Part shown: positions 9,316 through 19,967 of the stretch, piece after piece
Layout: each line of letters opens with the position of its first letter
How positions within the stretch are numbered: the first letter of the stretch is position 1
Origin: Candidatus Yanofskybacteria bacterium RIFCSPHIGHO2_02_FULL_43_17
GTDB taxonomy: Bacteria > Patescibacteriota > Minisyncoccia > 2-02-FULL-40-12 > GWA2-44-9
DNA length: 64,000 bases
Direction: 5' to 3'
Assembly: GCA_001794435.1 (NCBI GenBank)
Contig: MGJU01000014.1
Location: forward strand, 27,494-91,493
Translations under genes and position numbers: made by a program
The notes under the pieces: model-generated
What the model saw: the letters and a program-made list of their open reading frames with translations, nothing else
Database searches by the model: none
What the model was told of the DNA's origin: nothing

Positions 9316-11084
9316 TACTCGACTCTTGGAGCATACCTCCTTGTAAAAGCATAACTCGTCGGTCGGTCGGCATTACAGATATTATGCGAGTTGTTATCCC
9401 AAAGACACTCCCACCTTCTTGTTTCTCTCCCCTGGCCTCCACACACATCGCACCGTCCTCCGTCTGAAGCCGCAGACGGCCCACAGTTAGCACTAACTGA
9501 ACACGCACCAGCTCCTCCATTATATCCCGCCGCCAACTGTCTTGCATCGCAACCACAAGGACCGGCAATAGAATTCCTCAAATAAGTTGCCGCTATGCAG
9601 GCCTGCTCTTCTATTGTATCGCATCGATTGAGCCAGGCAAAATCAATGGTTTCAGTCACACCACATTGACTCTTATACAACGTAGCTACGTCAGGTTTAA
9701 GTTGGAAAAATCCGGCTGACTCCCCGTCTTCAGCAATAATACTACACCTACCCGACGACTCGTTTGCCGCAATGGATTTTAATAATTTTACTGTATCAAT
9801 TCCGCCGCAAACATTTATATTACCCACTCCAGCAATTATGGCTGCACTGTGAGTATTCACGGCAGAGGCAGCACAATTGCCACCCGGGTTAACTGGTGAA
9901 CAACTTAATGTGTCTGGAGCACCCCCAAAAGTACATGTTGATCCGGTACACAAATTACTCGTATTCGTTTGACTTACCACAATGGTAAAGTTCCTCCTCG
10001 AACTTCTTGTAGTTGGAGGTTCTTCTGTAAGCAAGATTTGGAAAGTAATAGTACCGGCCGTAGTGGGTGTGCCGGAAATAACCCCGGTTGAAGAATTCAA
10101 GTTAAGACCGGCCGGCAATGAACCGGAATATACTGCCCAACGATATGGAGGAGTTCCTCCGGTTCCGGTAATAGTTGTGGAGTAAGCTTGGCCGACTGTG
10201 GCGCCCGGAAGAGCGGCTGGAGTGGTGATAGATAAGGTACCCGTGCCGGTTCCCGCTATGACAATGGTAAAGTCTCTTGTTGCCGATTGCTGGGGCGTTG
10301 AGTTGTCGGTGACTCTGACGGTGAAAGTCGCCGTGCCAACAGCAGTAGGAGTTCCGGAGACAACACCAGAGGCAGTATTAAAACTTAAACCAGCAGGTGG
10401 AGAACCAGTCGTTGTCCAAGCATAAGGAGTTGTACCGCCAGAAACTTGAATTGTCTGAGAGTACTGCTGGCCCACCGTGCCGCCCGGAAGGTCGACGGTA
10501 ACAATGGATAACACTGCTCCCGGTGGTGGAATGGTCGATGTCGGAGTAGGAGTCGGTATTGGAGTGACAGGTGGCGGTGTGGCGGGTACTCTCTCAACAC
10601 AAGTGAACTGCCACCAATTGTCAGCATTGTCGTAGTTGGAACCGACGCTTTTTATCAAAGTGTTGGTTATCATCCACGCCGAAAGTATAATTATAATTCC
10701 GTAGAAAGTGTTTGTAAAAATTGTCCTTCCTTGCGCAACTAAGCCAGGATTGGCTCCGCCAAGCAGGATTAAAAAACCGGCCCATACAAAAAGTAAGACG
10801 GCCAGCACAGGCATCAAGGCGCCAACAGTAAAGTCGATAGTGTTTTTTAAAAGCCTAAAAAGATCGCAACGGCCACAGGATTGATAATAAGAATCATCGA
10901 GCACAACTTTGCCATCAGCTATTTCAGCGGGAGTGGGCCTTTCAAGGCCACAAGGCACCAACGGCCAGCCGGGAAGATCAACAGATTGCTGTCCTCCCAA
11001 GGCAAAGCCGGGGAAAAACAGTAAAATAACTAGCGAGATAAGTAGTAAATTCTTTCTTATCATTTTACTCTTTGATTTTTGCAT
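9294..11084 (-). CDS. Pilin-like domain, two putative Ig domains and an SLT-like lytic transglycosylase domain
   Basis: LVPCG...C..CD pilin N-terminus, two LP.ATVGQ.YS...GG..PY.W...LPAGL...G.ISGTPT repeats, C-terminal IAANESSG / AGFFQL / AATYL / AAGYNGG. Confidence 0.72.
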   Translation of the reverse strand: MQKSKSKMIRKNLLLISLVILLFFPGFALGGQQSVDLPGWPLVPCGLERPTPAEIADGKVVLDDSYYQSCGRCDLFRLLKNTIDFTVGALMPVLAVLLFVWAGFLILLGGANPGLVAQGRTIFTNTFYGIIIILSAWMITNTLIKSVGSNYDNADNWWQFTCVERVPATPPPVTPIPTPTPTSTIPPPGAVLSIVTVDLPGGTVGQQYSQTIQVSGGTTPYAWTTTGSPPAGLSFNTASGVVSGTPTAVGTATFTVRVTDNSTPQQSATRDFTIVIAGTGTGTLSITTPAALPGATVGQAYSTTITGTGGTPPYRWAVYSGSLPAGLNLNSSTGVISGTPTTAGTITFQILLTEEPPTTRSSRRNFTIVVSQTNTSNLCTGSTCTFGGAPDTLSCSPVNPGGNCAASAVNTHSAAIIAGVGNINVCGGIDTVKLLKSIAANESSGRCSIIAEDGESAGFFQLKPDVATLYKSQCGVTETIDFAWLNRCDTIEEQACIAATYLRNSIAGPCGCDARQLAAGYNGGAGACSVSANCGPSAASDGGRCDVCGGQGRETRRWECLWDNNSHNICNADRPTSYAFTRRYAPRVEYCYANIF

Positions 11085-11092
11085 TTTAAACC

Positions 11093-12427
11093 TTATCGAC
11101 TGCGTCGCGACCTTGCCATCAACACATTAACTTCCGATTCGGCGTTCTGGATTGCCTCTCTTACTGAAAGCCGACCAAAGTTAATGTCATCTATCATTTC
11201 GGCAAATATGGATTCTATCGCGGAATTGTCTATTTGATACCATGATTTTGCAGTAAGGGCTTGGTTGGCAAAAACACCTAATCGCAAATCGTTCTTCTGA
11301 AGATCTATAATATCGCGTCGCGCCGAAGGCCGCATCGTTTGGGCAAGATAGCTTGATGCTCCCTCTCTGGAAGCAAGGTAGGTCACGAACTTCCAGGCTT
11401 GATTGGAGACTAACGAGTTCTTTGAAACAGCGACGGCCCAATAGTTGGCGTAGTTTTTGATATCGCTCTCGCTTATCTGCGGCATGGACGCAACAGAATA
11501 ATTCAAGCGCGCGGCTTTTTGACTTAAAACTCCGGCCTGATGGGAATAGTTGAACATCATCGCAACTTTTCCGTCAACGAAGGCATCAATTGAATACGGC
11601 TGGGCATTGTTCCACGTATAGGTTCTTATATTGGGATTGGCAAAATCGGTGTAATATCTCAAAGCCACCTCGCCAATGGGAGTGTTGTTTACAGACCTTG
11701 CGAATGTGGCGCTAGTGTTGTTTATATCGGTCATTCTTGCGCCGCTTTGAAGCATAAGGGCCATAAGCACATCTGTTGACCTGTTAATATTTTCTGACGT
11801 GCCCATAGCCGCGCCTGATTGCATGATATTTCCCGAGGCATCGAGTTTGGTGAGTCGCTCGACTGCATTGTTGAATTCATCCCAATTTTTCGGAGGCGAA
11901 GTAATGCCGGCATTATTGAAAAGATCCCTGTTGTAGTAGAGAGCGAGGGTATCGACATATAAAGGCACCCCGTATATCTTGCCGCCGACGATTAAATCCT
12001 GAGTGGCAACTTCAACAAACTGGCTCTGAAAATCCTTTACGGACATCGGCGGACGGTCCAAACCGGAGATTTTCTCCGGAAGAGGCATAAGTTTGTCTAG
12101 ATGTTTTGGCAGCCAAGTCTGATGTATCATCCAAATATCAGGTCCCGTGCCGGCCGCAAGAGCGTTTACCACTTCCCTCTCGTAATCCTCGAATGAGAAT
12201 TGTCTATACACGACCGTAGTGCCAGGATTTTGAGTTTGGAATTCTCTGATAACCTTGTCGAAAACTGTCTTGTCGTCAAAAACGCCCCAGAACTCTACGG
12301 CAACTCTCGGACCAATGCCGCCCCCGCCGACATTGCGCAGGATTAAAATAAGCGTGAGAAAGACAAGTATCGCAATACCCGAAACGAGAATTATCATCAG
12401 TCTCTTGTTGTCTATCTGAATTGGCAA
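11093..12427 (-). CDS. Extracellular solute-binding protein (family 1, sugar-type)
   Basis: GTGPDIW, IYGVPLYVDTLALYYNRDLF, PPKNWDEF, F.DGKVAM. Confidence 0.85.
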   Translation of the reverse strand: MPIQIDNKRLMIILVSGIAILVFLTLILILRNVGGGGIGPRVAVEFWGVFDDKTVFDKVIREFQTQNPGTTVVYRQFSFEDYEREVVNALAAGTGPDIWMIHQTWLPKHLDKLMPLPEKISGLDRPPMSVKDFQSQFVEVATQDLIVGGKIYGVPLYVDTLALYYNRDLFNNAGITSPPKNWDEFNNAVERLTKLDASGNIMQSGAAMGTSENINRSTDVLMALMLQSGARMTDINNTSATFARSVNNTPIGEVALRYYTDFANPNIRTYTWNNAQPYSIDAFVDGKVAMMFNYSHQAGVLSQKAARLNYSVASMPQISESDIKNYANYWAVAVSKNSLVSNQAWKFVTYLASREGASSYLAQTMRPSARRDIIDLQKNDLRLGVFANQALTAKSWYQIDNSAIESIFAEMIDDINFGRLSVREAIQNAESEVNVLMARSRRSR

Positions 12428-12446
12428 TGATTTATGTTTAAAGTTG

Positions 12447-13037
12447 TCAAGAATAAATATTCTTCTTAAATATCATTCCGAAGTGGAACTGCCCGGCATT
12501 GAAGACCTTATCGAATATCATCCCCTCACCAGTAGCAAGAGAACGCATGGCTTCATCATCAGTTCTTAATCTGTCAGGCGGACCGAATCCATTGGCGCCC
12601 TTTTTCCAATCAATAATTATAAGCGAGCCGTTGTCCCTCAATACCCTTTTTGCTTCTTTCACGATGTCTGATTTTTTATCGGACTGAAATAAAATATTCG
12701 CTAACAAAACAATGTCCTGCGACTGGTCAGCCAGACCGGAACTGCCCACAACCTCAAGATTGGTCCGGATCATCTCTACATTCTCAAGCCCGGCAGCTTT
12801 GGCTTTTTCCCTTACGCTATCAAGGGCGCTCTCCATAATATCTAAAGCATAAACCCGGCCTTCTTTGCCGGCCCTCTCGGCCATCAAAATAGTAAAGTAT
12901 CCTGCTCCCGAACCAAAATCGGCTATGTTCATTCCTTCTCTTACCCCAAATTCATTAACAATCGAGTCCGGATTCAAAAACCCGCCCGTACTAAGAGGGT
13001 TGCCAGAGCCGACTATTGGAGTAGCCGTCATTTCCAT
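12447..13037 (-). CDS. Class I SAM-dependent methyltransferase
   Basis: IADFGSGAGYF, VYALDI, IIDW. Confidence 0.85.
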   Translation of the reverse strand: MEMTATPIVGSGNPLSTGGFLNPDSIVNEFGVREGMNIADFGSGAGYFTILMAERAGKEGRVYALDIMESALDSVREKAKAAGLENVEMIRTNLEVVGSSGLADQSQDIVLLANILFQSDKKSDIVKEAKRVLRDNGSLIIIDWKKGANGFGPPDRLRTDDEAMRSLATGEGMIFDKVFNAGQFHFGMIFKKNIYS

Positions 13038-13073
13038 ATATTAAATTTTACCACGACGAGAGAAATAAGTTAT

Positions 13074-15509
13074 CTACACTACCACAACCGACGCTATGCC
13101 GTCGCCGCTTTCAACTCTCATTATCCTTACTCCCTGCGTCGCCCGGCCTAAAACAGAGATGCTTGCAACTGAAGTCCTTATCACAACTCCCTTGCGAGAA
13201 ACAGCGATAAGTTCTTTATTTTCTTCCGAGGTCATGTGAGCTGAAACCAATTCACCCGTTTTCGGTGTTATTTTTGCAGTCATTATACCGCGACCTCCGC
13301 GTTTCTGAACCTTATACGCCTTAAGGTCGGTTCTTTTTCCATAACCGTTCTTAGTAACGGCCAAAACGTGAAGGCCCTTTTCAACTCCTGACGGAACAAC
13401 GTCGGCACCGACTACTTTTTGATCCTTATCCAGCCTGATCCCTATGACACCGGCGGCACTCCTGCCCATTGGCCTTACATCTTTTTCTTTAAACCTGATA
13501 GCATTCCCGCCCGAGGTAACAAGCATCATCTGGTCGTCGCCGGAAGTTGGAATGACCCAACCCAGCTCATCGCCCGCTCTCAACTTAATAGCAAGCATTC
13601 CGTTTTTCCTGACAGCATCAAGTGAATCCATATCAACCTTCTTTATAATCCCCTTGGTTGTAGCCATAAAAAGAAACATTCTTTTCTGTCCTTTTGGTAT
13701 GGGGACCACGGCGGTGATGACATCAGTTGGCGCGACTTGGAGAAAATTCACGATGGCTTTGCCTTTCGACTGGCGAGATGACTCGGGTACTTCATATGCC
13801 TTGGTCTGGAAAACTTTTCCCGAATTCGTAAAGAATAGCAAACTGTCGTGCGTATTCGCGACGAAGAACTGCGACACGACATCTTCTTCTTTTGTAGCTA
13901 TCCCAACCAAACCTTTCCCGCCCCTCTTTTGCGACTTTAATACGTCAGGAGGTATTCTTTTTATGTATCCGCCCCTTGTAAGCATAAAGAGTGAGTCCTC
14001 TTCGGGTACCAACTCCTCCTCTCCTATCTCTTTGAGAGGAGATTTGACCACTTTTGTCCTCCTCTCGTTGGCATGTTTGTCCTTTAAAGTCAGGAGTTCT
14101 TCCTTAACGACGCCCAAGATCTTCTTCGGGCTGGCCAAAAGGTCCTCAAGATGCGCTATGAGTTCCTTCTTCTCTTTGAGTTCATCGTTGATCTTTTTCC
14201 TCTCAAGACCAGCCAGGGCCTGCAATTTCATTTCCAATATTGCGTTGGTTTGTCTGTCTGAGAACTTGAATTTCTTTATCAAATTATTGAAAGCGTCTTC
14301 TTTTGAATCGGATTTTTTAATAATGGCGATTATTTCGTCGATGTGGTCCAAGGCCTTCTTCAGACCTTCCAAAATATGCGCCCGGTCTTTAGCTTTTTGC
14401 AAATCGTACTTGGCGCGTCTCGTCACTACTTCCTTGCGATGGTCTATGAATTTCTCAAGCAATCCTTTCAGTCCCAATATTTGAGGCTGAATGCCGTCCA
14501 CCAGAGCCAGCATATTAAAATGGAACGACTTCTGAAGTTCGGTGTATTTAAAAAGCTGGTTAAGGACTTTTCTCGGGAAAGCATCCTGTTTAAGATCTAT
14601 GGCAATTCTTAAACCGTCTTTATCCGACTCATCCCGTATATCCCTGATACCTTCCATTTTTTTATCTTTAACCAGATCGGCAATATGTTTTATCAATTCA
14701 GCTTTGTTTGTCTGATAAGGAACTTCAGTAACTATTATTTGAAAACCTCCGCCTCTGGCGGATTTGCCTTCAACGATCTCTGCCTTACCACGCATTAAGA
14801 TTGGGCCGCGGCCAGTAGCATACGCATTACGAATGTCGGTCTCGTTATAAATAATGCCGCCGGTCGGAAAATCCGGCCCTTTGACGAACCGCATCAGGTC
14901 ATCCACTTTGGCATCGCCGTTATCGGCTAAGTAGACGAGGGCGTCAAGCACCTCGGAGAGATTATGGGGGGGAATATTGGTGGCCATACCAACGGCTATG
15001 CCCATGGAACCGTTGATCAGAAGGTTGGGAACTTTGCTTGGAAGAACTTTCGGCTCTTGAGTTGACGCATCATAGTTATCTTGAAAACTAACGGTGTCTT
15101 TATCAATATCTGATAATAGTTCTTCGGCTATCGGGGCCATCCGGCATTCGGTATATCTTTGAGCCGCGGCTCCGTCGCCGTCAATCGAACCCCAATTGCC
15201 GAGTCCGTCAACCAACGGATATCGTAGGGAAAAATCCTGCGCCATTCGCACAATAGAATCGTAGATCGCCATATCGCCATGCGGGTGGAAGTTACCCATG
15301 CAAAAACCGACTACCTTCGCCGACTTCTGATACTTGGCACCCGGCCTCAAGCCCATCTCGTGCATCGAATAGAGTATCCTTCTGTGAACCGGCTTCAAAC
15401 CGTCCCTGACATCGGGAAGAGCGCGGGCAACGATGACGCTCATAGCGTACTCCAAGTACGACTGCTGCATCTCTTCGGTTATTTCTCGTTGTTTGATGTT
15501 TTTATCCAT
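13074..15509 (-). CDS. gyrA: DNA gyrase subunit A
   Basis: [30 protein letters not shown] (catalytic Tyr), GyrA-box QKRGGKG, beta-pinwheel repeats. Confidence 0.97.
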   Translation of the reverse strand: MDKNIKQREITEEMQQSYLEYAMSVIVARALPDVRDGLKPVHRRILYSMHEMGLRPGAKYQKSAKVVGFCMGNFHPHGDMAIYDSIVRMAQDFSLRYPLVDGLGNWGSIDGDGAAAQRYTECRMAPIAEELLSDIDKDTVSFQDNYDASTQEPKVLPSKVPNLLINGSMGIAVGMATNIPPHNLSEVLDALVYLADNGDAKVDDLMRFVKGPDFPTGGIIYNETDIRNAYATGRGPILMRGKAEIVEGKSARGGGFQIIVTEVPYQTNKAELIKHIADLVKDKKMEGIRDIRDESDKDGLRIAIDLKQDAFPRKVLNQLFKYTELQKSFHFNMLALVDGIQPQILGLKGLLEKFIDHRKEVVTRRAKYDLQKAKDRAHILEGLKKALDHIDEIIAIIKKSDSKEDAFNNLIKKFKFSDRQTNAILEMKLQALAGLERKKINDELKEKKELIAHLEDLLASPKKILGVVKEELLTLKDKHANERRTKVVKSPLKEIGEEELVPEEDSLFMLTRGGYIKRIPPDVLKSQKRGGKGLVGIATKEEDVVSQFFVANTHDSLLFFTNSGKVFQTKAYEVPESSRQSKGKAIVNFLQVAPTDVITAVVPIPKGQKRMFLFMATTKGIIKKVDMDSLDAVRKNGMLAIKLRAGDELGWVIPTSGDDQMMLVTSGGNAIRFKEKDVRPMGRSAAGVIGIRLDKDQKVVGADVVPSGVEKGLHVLAVTKNGYGKRTDLKAYKVQKRGGRGIMTAKITPKTGELVSAHMTSEENKELIAVSRKGVVIRTSVASISVLGRATQGVRIMRVESGDGIASVVVV

Positions 15510-15609
15510 CTGGTTCTAATTACAAAATTACGCATTGCGAATTACGGATTAAATTTAATTCCTCAAAAAATCCGCAATTCGCAATACGCAATAAACTAAT
15601 TGAAGTTGG

Positions 15610-15957
15610 CTATTTATGTTCCGACAACGGTAATGTGTAAACTTTTCCGTTTTCGACTTGAATTTTGTCTTGCCTGTCTCTTGTCTCTTGTTTATTGTCT
15701 CCCAACAATCCCGACACCAGTCCTTTAACTTCTCCCGCCGACTGCCAAATATAACCGAACAGCGACGGCACGGATACGTTTTCGACGGCTAACGCTTTCT
15801 CTGCATCTTCTTCCGGATTCATCATTACATAAAGATTCTTTTGAAATGAACGGAACCACACCATTCCTACCAATAAGACGGTGATAAAGACTGAGAGGCC
15901 GAACATTATCTCTCTGGTATGTTGGGGTTGTTTTTTTATATCGTCGAGAAAAGACAT
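15610..15957 (-). CDS. Hypothetical single-TM protein
   Basis: 115-aa ORF in operon context with one TM helix. Confidence 0.6.
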   Translation of the reverse strand: MSFLDDIKKQPQHTREIMFGLSVFITVLLVGMVWFRSFQKNLYVMMNPEEDAEKALAVENVSVPSLFGYIWQSAGEVKGLVSGLLGDNKQETRDRQDKIQVENGKVYTLPLSEHK

Positions 15958-15963
15958 GTCGGT

Positions 15964-16602
15964 TTAAAAGTTAAAAACGATTAATTTCACTTCTTCCGCG
16001 GGAAGATTTTTTTTGGCAATTTTGTACTTGTCGACTTTTTCGGGAGTCAGGCCCAGTTCTTTTATGAACTTGTCGGGTCCGTCTATGTCTATCTTCAGAT
16101 CTTTAACTTTATAATGCATCGGAATGACAACTTTCGGTTCTATTTGTCCCACCACCTCAATCGCTTCTTTGTAATCGACGGTGTATCTGCCTCCTATCGG
16201 GAGCATCAGTATATCAATGTCGCCTATATCATCAAGTTGATGTTCCTCAAATTTATCCTGACCGAAATCGCCCATGTGACACATCGTCATGTCTTCTGTT
16301 TTTATGACGTATATGGTATTGAGTCCTCTTTCCTGACCCTTACTCTTATCATGATACGAGAGAATGCCTCTTACGTACATACCCATTTTTTCATATTCCC
16401 CCGGACCGTCAACTATCATGGTCGTCTGAGAATCAGCGCCTTCAGTATTGTTGTGGTCATAGTGTTTGTGAGTCACTAAAACCAGATCGTCTTTTATCCG
16501 CGGCGGCTTTAATCCTATGTCTTTAGAAAACGGGTCGATGAGAATGCTTCCTTCTTTGGCCTCGATCCTGAAACAGCTTTGTCCAAACCAGGTGATGGTC
16601 AT
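15964..16602 (-). CDS. MBL-fold metallo-hydrolase
   Basis: ITWFGQSCF, IDPF, THKHYDHN, HMGD, IPMHY. Confidence 0.88.
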   Translation of the reverse strand: MTITWFGQSCFRIEAKEGSILIDPFSKDIGLKPPRIKDDLVLVTHKHYDHNNTEGADSQTTMIVDGPGEYEKMGMYVRGILSYHDKSKGQERGLNTIYVIKTEDMTMCHMGDFGQDKFEEHQLDDIGDIDILMLPIGGRYTVDYKEAIEVVGQIEPKVVIPMHYKVKDLKIDIDGPDKFIKELGLTPEKVDKYKIAKKNLPAEEVKLIVFNF

Positions 16603-16765
16603 ATTGAAATCGTAGCAAAAAATTAGTTCAAAATCAACTTCGACACACCTCTACTGCTCGACCTTATGCCATAATGGCTGAGGCCTGAAGCAAAAGATGG
16701 GGAGGGGTGAGGAAACTACGAGTTGCATTGTCGAAAATAATAATGTATATTCTTCACGATATGGA

Positions 16766-16881
16766 ATCCCGAACGAAATAGCCCTAATGGGTTCGGGAAT
16801 CAAATTAATAATTAACCGAACAGCTTGTTTTACAGATATAACTTATGTGTATAACTGTGAAACAGCTACTTCGTACGGGAT
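16766..16881. repeat. ATCCCG...CGGGAT element in the rpsA leader
   Basis: ATCCCGAACGAAATAGC ... GCTACTTCGTACGGGAT, homologous to 55082-55198, ATGGAA duplicated at 16761 and 16880. Confidence 0.8.
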
Positions 16882-17962
16882 GGAACTAGCGCAAAGCGAT
16901 ATAAAATCCATGAAAGAACTCCTGGCGAAGGAGGAATTTTATTTACCGAAGCCCGGAACTATACTGCAAGGCCAGATGATAAATGTCTCGAAGAACAACG
17001 TGATAGTCGACCTCGGTCAGGCCGGTATTGGCATAGTTTATCCGGGGGAATTCTACGATAATCCCGAAAGAATGCGCGCTCTTAAGCCGGGCGACATGGT
17101 TTCCGCTATGCTTATCGAGCTGGAGAACGAAGAGGGCTACCGAGAACTTTCTTTGAGGTCAGCCCAGATGACAACCGCTTGGCAGGATATTAAAGAAAAA
17201 ATGGACAAGGAAGAAATAGTAACCACCACCGTCATCAATATCAACAAAGGCGGTCTCATTGTTGAAGTAAGCGGAGTTCAAGGCTTCCTGCCCCTGTCCC
17301 AGCTCTCCCCCGAACACTACCCTAAAGTAGAGGGCGGCGACACGACCAGAATCGTCCAAGCGCTTCAAAAATTCAAAGGTCAGGAATTAATGGTAAAGAT
17401 AATAGGTTTCTCGGAAGCCGAAAATAAACTCATCGTTTCGGAAAAAGCGATACTAGAAGACCTTGCCAAAGAAGAGCTGAAAAAACTGACCGTCGGAGAT
17501 ATGGCGGAGGGTGAGATAACCGAAGTAACCGATTTTGGCGCTTTCGTAAGGCTAAGCGACAACCTTGACGCCCTGATACATTCTTCAGAGATTGACTGGA
17601 AGTTTATTGAAGACCCGCGAGAAGTTCTCCACATCGGAGACAAAATAAAAGCCAAGATAATAAATTTGGACGGCGGCAGAGTTTCGCTCTCCCTGAAAGC
17701 TCTGAAACCCGATCCATGGGAAACGGTTGAAGAAAAGTTCCAGGTCGGCCAGAAGATCAAAGGCAAAGTCATCAAGATCCGATCGAGCGGCGCATTCGTA
17801 GAATTATCAGACGACATCGTTGGATTTCTACCAGCAGAAGAAGTAATAAAAGACGGCAAACCTGCCCGAACGACTGACGTCGTTCAGTCAGGCGGAGAAT
17901 ACGATCTGGCCATCGTCAGTATAGACGCCAAAGATCACAAAATAGTTCTCACACTTGAGTAG
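16880..17962 (+). CDS. rpsA: 30S ribosomal protein S1 (four S1 domains)
   Basis: NKGGL.V...GFLPLSQL, VTDFGAFV...LIHSSEI, VSLSLK, GAFVEL. Confidence 0.88.
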   Translation: MELAQSDIKSMKELLAKEEFYLPKPGTILQGQMINVSKNNVIVDLGQAGIGIVYPGEFYDNPERMRALKPGDMVSAMLIELENEEGYRELSLRSAQMTTAWQDIKEKMDKEEIVTTTVININKGGLIVEVSGVQGFLPLSQLSPEHYPKVEGGDTTRIVQALQKFKGQELMVKIIGFSEAENKLIVSEKAILEDLAKEELKKLTVGDMAEGEITEVTDFGAFVRLSDNLDALIHSSEIDWKFIEDPREVLHIGDKIKAKIINLDGGRVSLSLKALKPDPWETVEEKFQVGQKIKGKVIKIRSSGAFVELSDDIVGFLPAEEVIKDGKPARTTDVVQSGGEYDLAIVSIDAKDHKIVLTLE

Positions 17963-18063
17963 TCGCTCAAATATTATCCTCACTCTCAACCTTCGCTTCA
18001 AAATAATTCTTCTTCAACACACCTCTTGCCACTCGAAGCCATCCCCATTTTCATCACGGATTT

Positions 18064-18210
18064 CTCATAGAGCAATCGCGATTCGCTCCTAATTTTTCTG
18101 ACCGCCCGAAGCCACTTCCGTCAGGCCATGCGGTCCCGCCAAGGCGGGACCGTTCCTGACACCTTCGGCTCGGTTTCTCAGAAAAACAGCGTCGCTCATC
18201 TGCAACTGCT
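18064..18210. repeat. 147-bp structured dispersed repeat, copy 1
   Basis: Colinear with 56973-57119, central GGTCCCGCCAAGGCGGGACC hairpin. Confidence 0.85.
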
Positions 18211-18538
18211 GTCTATTCGTCATAGTGATTCAAATAGGGATGGCTCTTCGCTGGCTGGTTGACAAGTTAAGCTAAAACCTCCAGGGAGCAAGACCACCAG
18301 ACAATTTTTCTAGCGTTTACGCTTCTTTACTACAAATCCGAGATATTTGAGAGATAATGCGGTCCGCATTATGACCAAATATCGAAGGATTTGTTAACGA
18401 AGCGGAAGGCGTAAAAAATTGTCTGGCGGTCTCGCGACTGACCATAGCACACACCCCCCGACCTTGACTGAAGTTATATTTTACTATATACTATATTCAT
18501 CGTTTCGTTCCTTAACCAAGACAAGAAAGGACTGGGAA

Positions 18539-19246
18539 GTGGCGACAAAAAGAGCAGCCACCGTCGCAACCCTCGGGCCGGCAGTCCGGCTCGTAGTGTT
18601 CAAGTTTTTGATGAGAAGTGAGCTGGTGCCGGACTACATCCCCCGGTTGCCTAGCAACCGTTCCAGCGTTGCGCCGGCATATAACGGTACGCAGGTTTTG
18701 CCGTCCACGCCCGACGTGTGGCTGGCTGACCTGCGAGCCGGATTGCTCAACACCAAGGGCGACTACGCGTTCGTCGGCGCGAGAGTCGCCGATGAGAGAA
18801 CAAATACAAAGAGAAAGGTCAGGAGGGGAGGACTCGTTGAGATTGTCGAAGTCAAGATCAGCGATGTGCGATTCACATTCTGTCGCCGCCGGCATCTGAC
18901 CGACGATCCGCCTCCTCACGAGAACTTTGTGGAGAGGTTCAGTCAACTGGTTAACACCTTCGTTGACTTCACCAAGTCAAACCTCTGGATGACAGAGGCA
19001 TATCTCAATCCGTACCTGAACAAAGACGGCACTACCGGCAAAGGCAGCGTGCTGATGATTGACTGCGCCGGACGGAAATCGGCTGTCAATCCGGATGGTA
19101 CTCCGATCATGGTCTTCGAAGGTGGGCGAGAAAAATCGTCCGCTCCCGGTATGATCGGTCAGGGCATCGGCCCAAAGATTTCGATCCTGAACAAGGCCAG
19201 CGAATTGAAACTCGTCGGCAAGAATGTTCAGTTGATTACCAGATAA
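18539..19246 (+). CDS. Hypothetical protein
   Basis: Long ORF, GTG start downstream of TTGACT-N17-TATACT, followed by terminator hairpin. Confidence 0.6.
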   Translation: MATKRAATVATLGPAVRLVVFKFLMRSELVPDYIPRLPSNRSSVAPAYNGTQVLPSTPDVWLADLRAGLLNTKGDYAFVGARVADERTNTKRKVRRGGLVEIVEVKISDVRFTFCRRRHLTDDPPPHENFVERFSQLVNTFVDFTKSNLWMTEAYLNPYLNKDGTTGKGSVLMIDCAGRKSAVNPDGTPIMVFEGGREKSSAPGMIGQGIGPKISILNKASELKLVGKNVQLITR

Positions 19247-19271
19247 ATATTCGAGCGGATTATGTCCGCCG

Positions 19272-19307
19272 GCCCCTCACCTTTCAGTAGAAAGGTGAGG
19301 GGCTTTA
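19272..19307 (+). terminator. Intrinsic terminator
   Basis: GCCCCTCACCTTTC-AGTA-GAAAGGTGAGGGGC-TTT. Confidence 0.75.
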
Positions 19308-19324
19308 AAATTTTAGGAGGTTGA

Positions 19325-19622
19325 CCCAGCTCTTGGGAAGCTTATATTATGCTCTTATGTATTTTGTGTATGTATTATCTCTAAGCAACGGCCAGATTTA
19401 CATTGGTTTTACCAAAGACCTTAAGAAAAGAATTGAAGAGCATAATAACGGCAAGGTTTTTACTACTAGCAAGTATCTACCAATCAAACTTGTATACTAT
19501 GAATGCTATTTATCTAGAGAAGATGCCAAGATTAGAGAAACCATGATTAAAAAATTTGGTAGCACATACTCCCATCTTAAGAAAAGAATTTATTACTCTA
19601 TTAAAGCTTCCCAAGGGCGGGG
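19325..19622 (+). mobile_element. TIR-bounded element carrying a GIY-YIG gene, flanked by TTGA duplications
   Basis: TTGA|CCCAGCTCTTGGGAAGCTT ... AAGCTTCCCAAGGGCGGGG|TTGA. Confidence 0.65.
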
Positions 19623-19626
19623 TTGA
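19357..19626 (+). CDS. Small GIY-YIG nuclease family protein
   Basis: YFVYVL...IYIGFTKDLKKRIEEHN.G...T...P.KLVYYE...A..RE..IK. Confidence 0.9.
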   Translation: MYFVYVLSLSNGQIYIGFTKDLKKRIEEHNNGKVFTTSKYLPIKLVYYECYLSREDAKIRETMIKKFGSTYSHLKKRIYYSIKASQGRG

Positions 19627-19747
19627 CCCCGCTCTTGAAGAGAGGTTGCCTGTGGCAGAACCATCCCATTTATACGTTCTACTGATAAACACAGAATGAG
19701 TTGTTCAAAACTATTTTATTAAAAACATCCTCTCTTCAAGAGCGGGG
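19627..19747. repeat. Non-coding 121-bp TIR element (TTGA type)
   Basis: TTGA|CCCCGCTCTTGAAGAGAGG ... CCTCTCTTCAAGAGCGGGG|TTGA. Confidence 0.85.
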
Positions 19748-19775
19748 TTGACAAAATTTGTGAGAAGAGTATAAT
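19748..19775 (+). promoter_or_regulatory. Sigma70-type promoter
   Basis: TTGACA-N16-TATAAT. Confidence 0.7.
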
Positions 19776-19967
19776 ACATTTAGAACATTAAATACTACCG
19801 GAGCAGAAAAGAGGCGACTTGAAGCCAATCTAGAAATGTCGAAATTATAGATACATCGATATTTTGGCCCCAAATCCCCTCTTTTCTGCAACCCGCTCCG
19901 TCACGAGCGGCGGAGCCAGGGAGGGGTTCGTCAACGACGTCAACGCCCACTGGGCAAAGGAGGCCAC

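Noticed and set aside
13444-14484. 346-aa plus-strand ORF, and similar ORFs opposite valS, ftsH and the VirB4 gene
   Set aside because: Antisense to well-supported conserved genes, with no motifs of their own.
16697-16879. N-terminal extension of S1 in the ORF track (likewise 22725-22823, 7100-7126 and 29821-29868)
   Set aside because: These are read-through of repeat, promoter or tRNA sequence. Better starts lie downstream.
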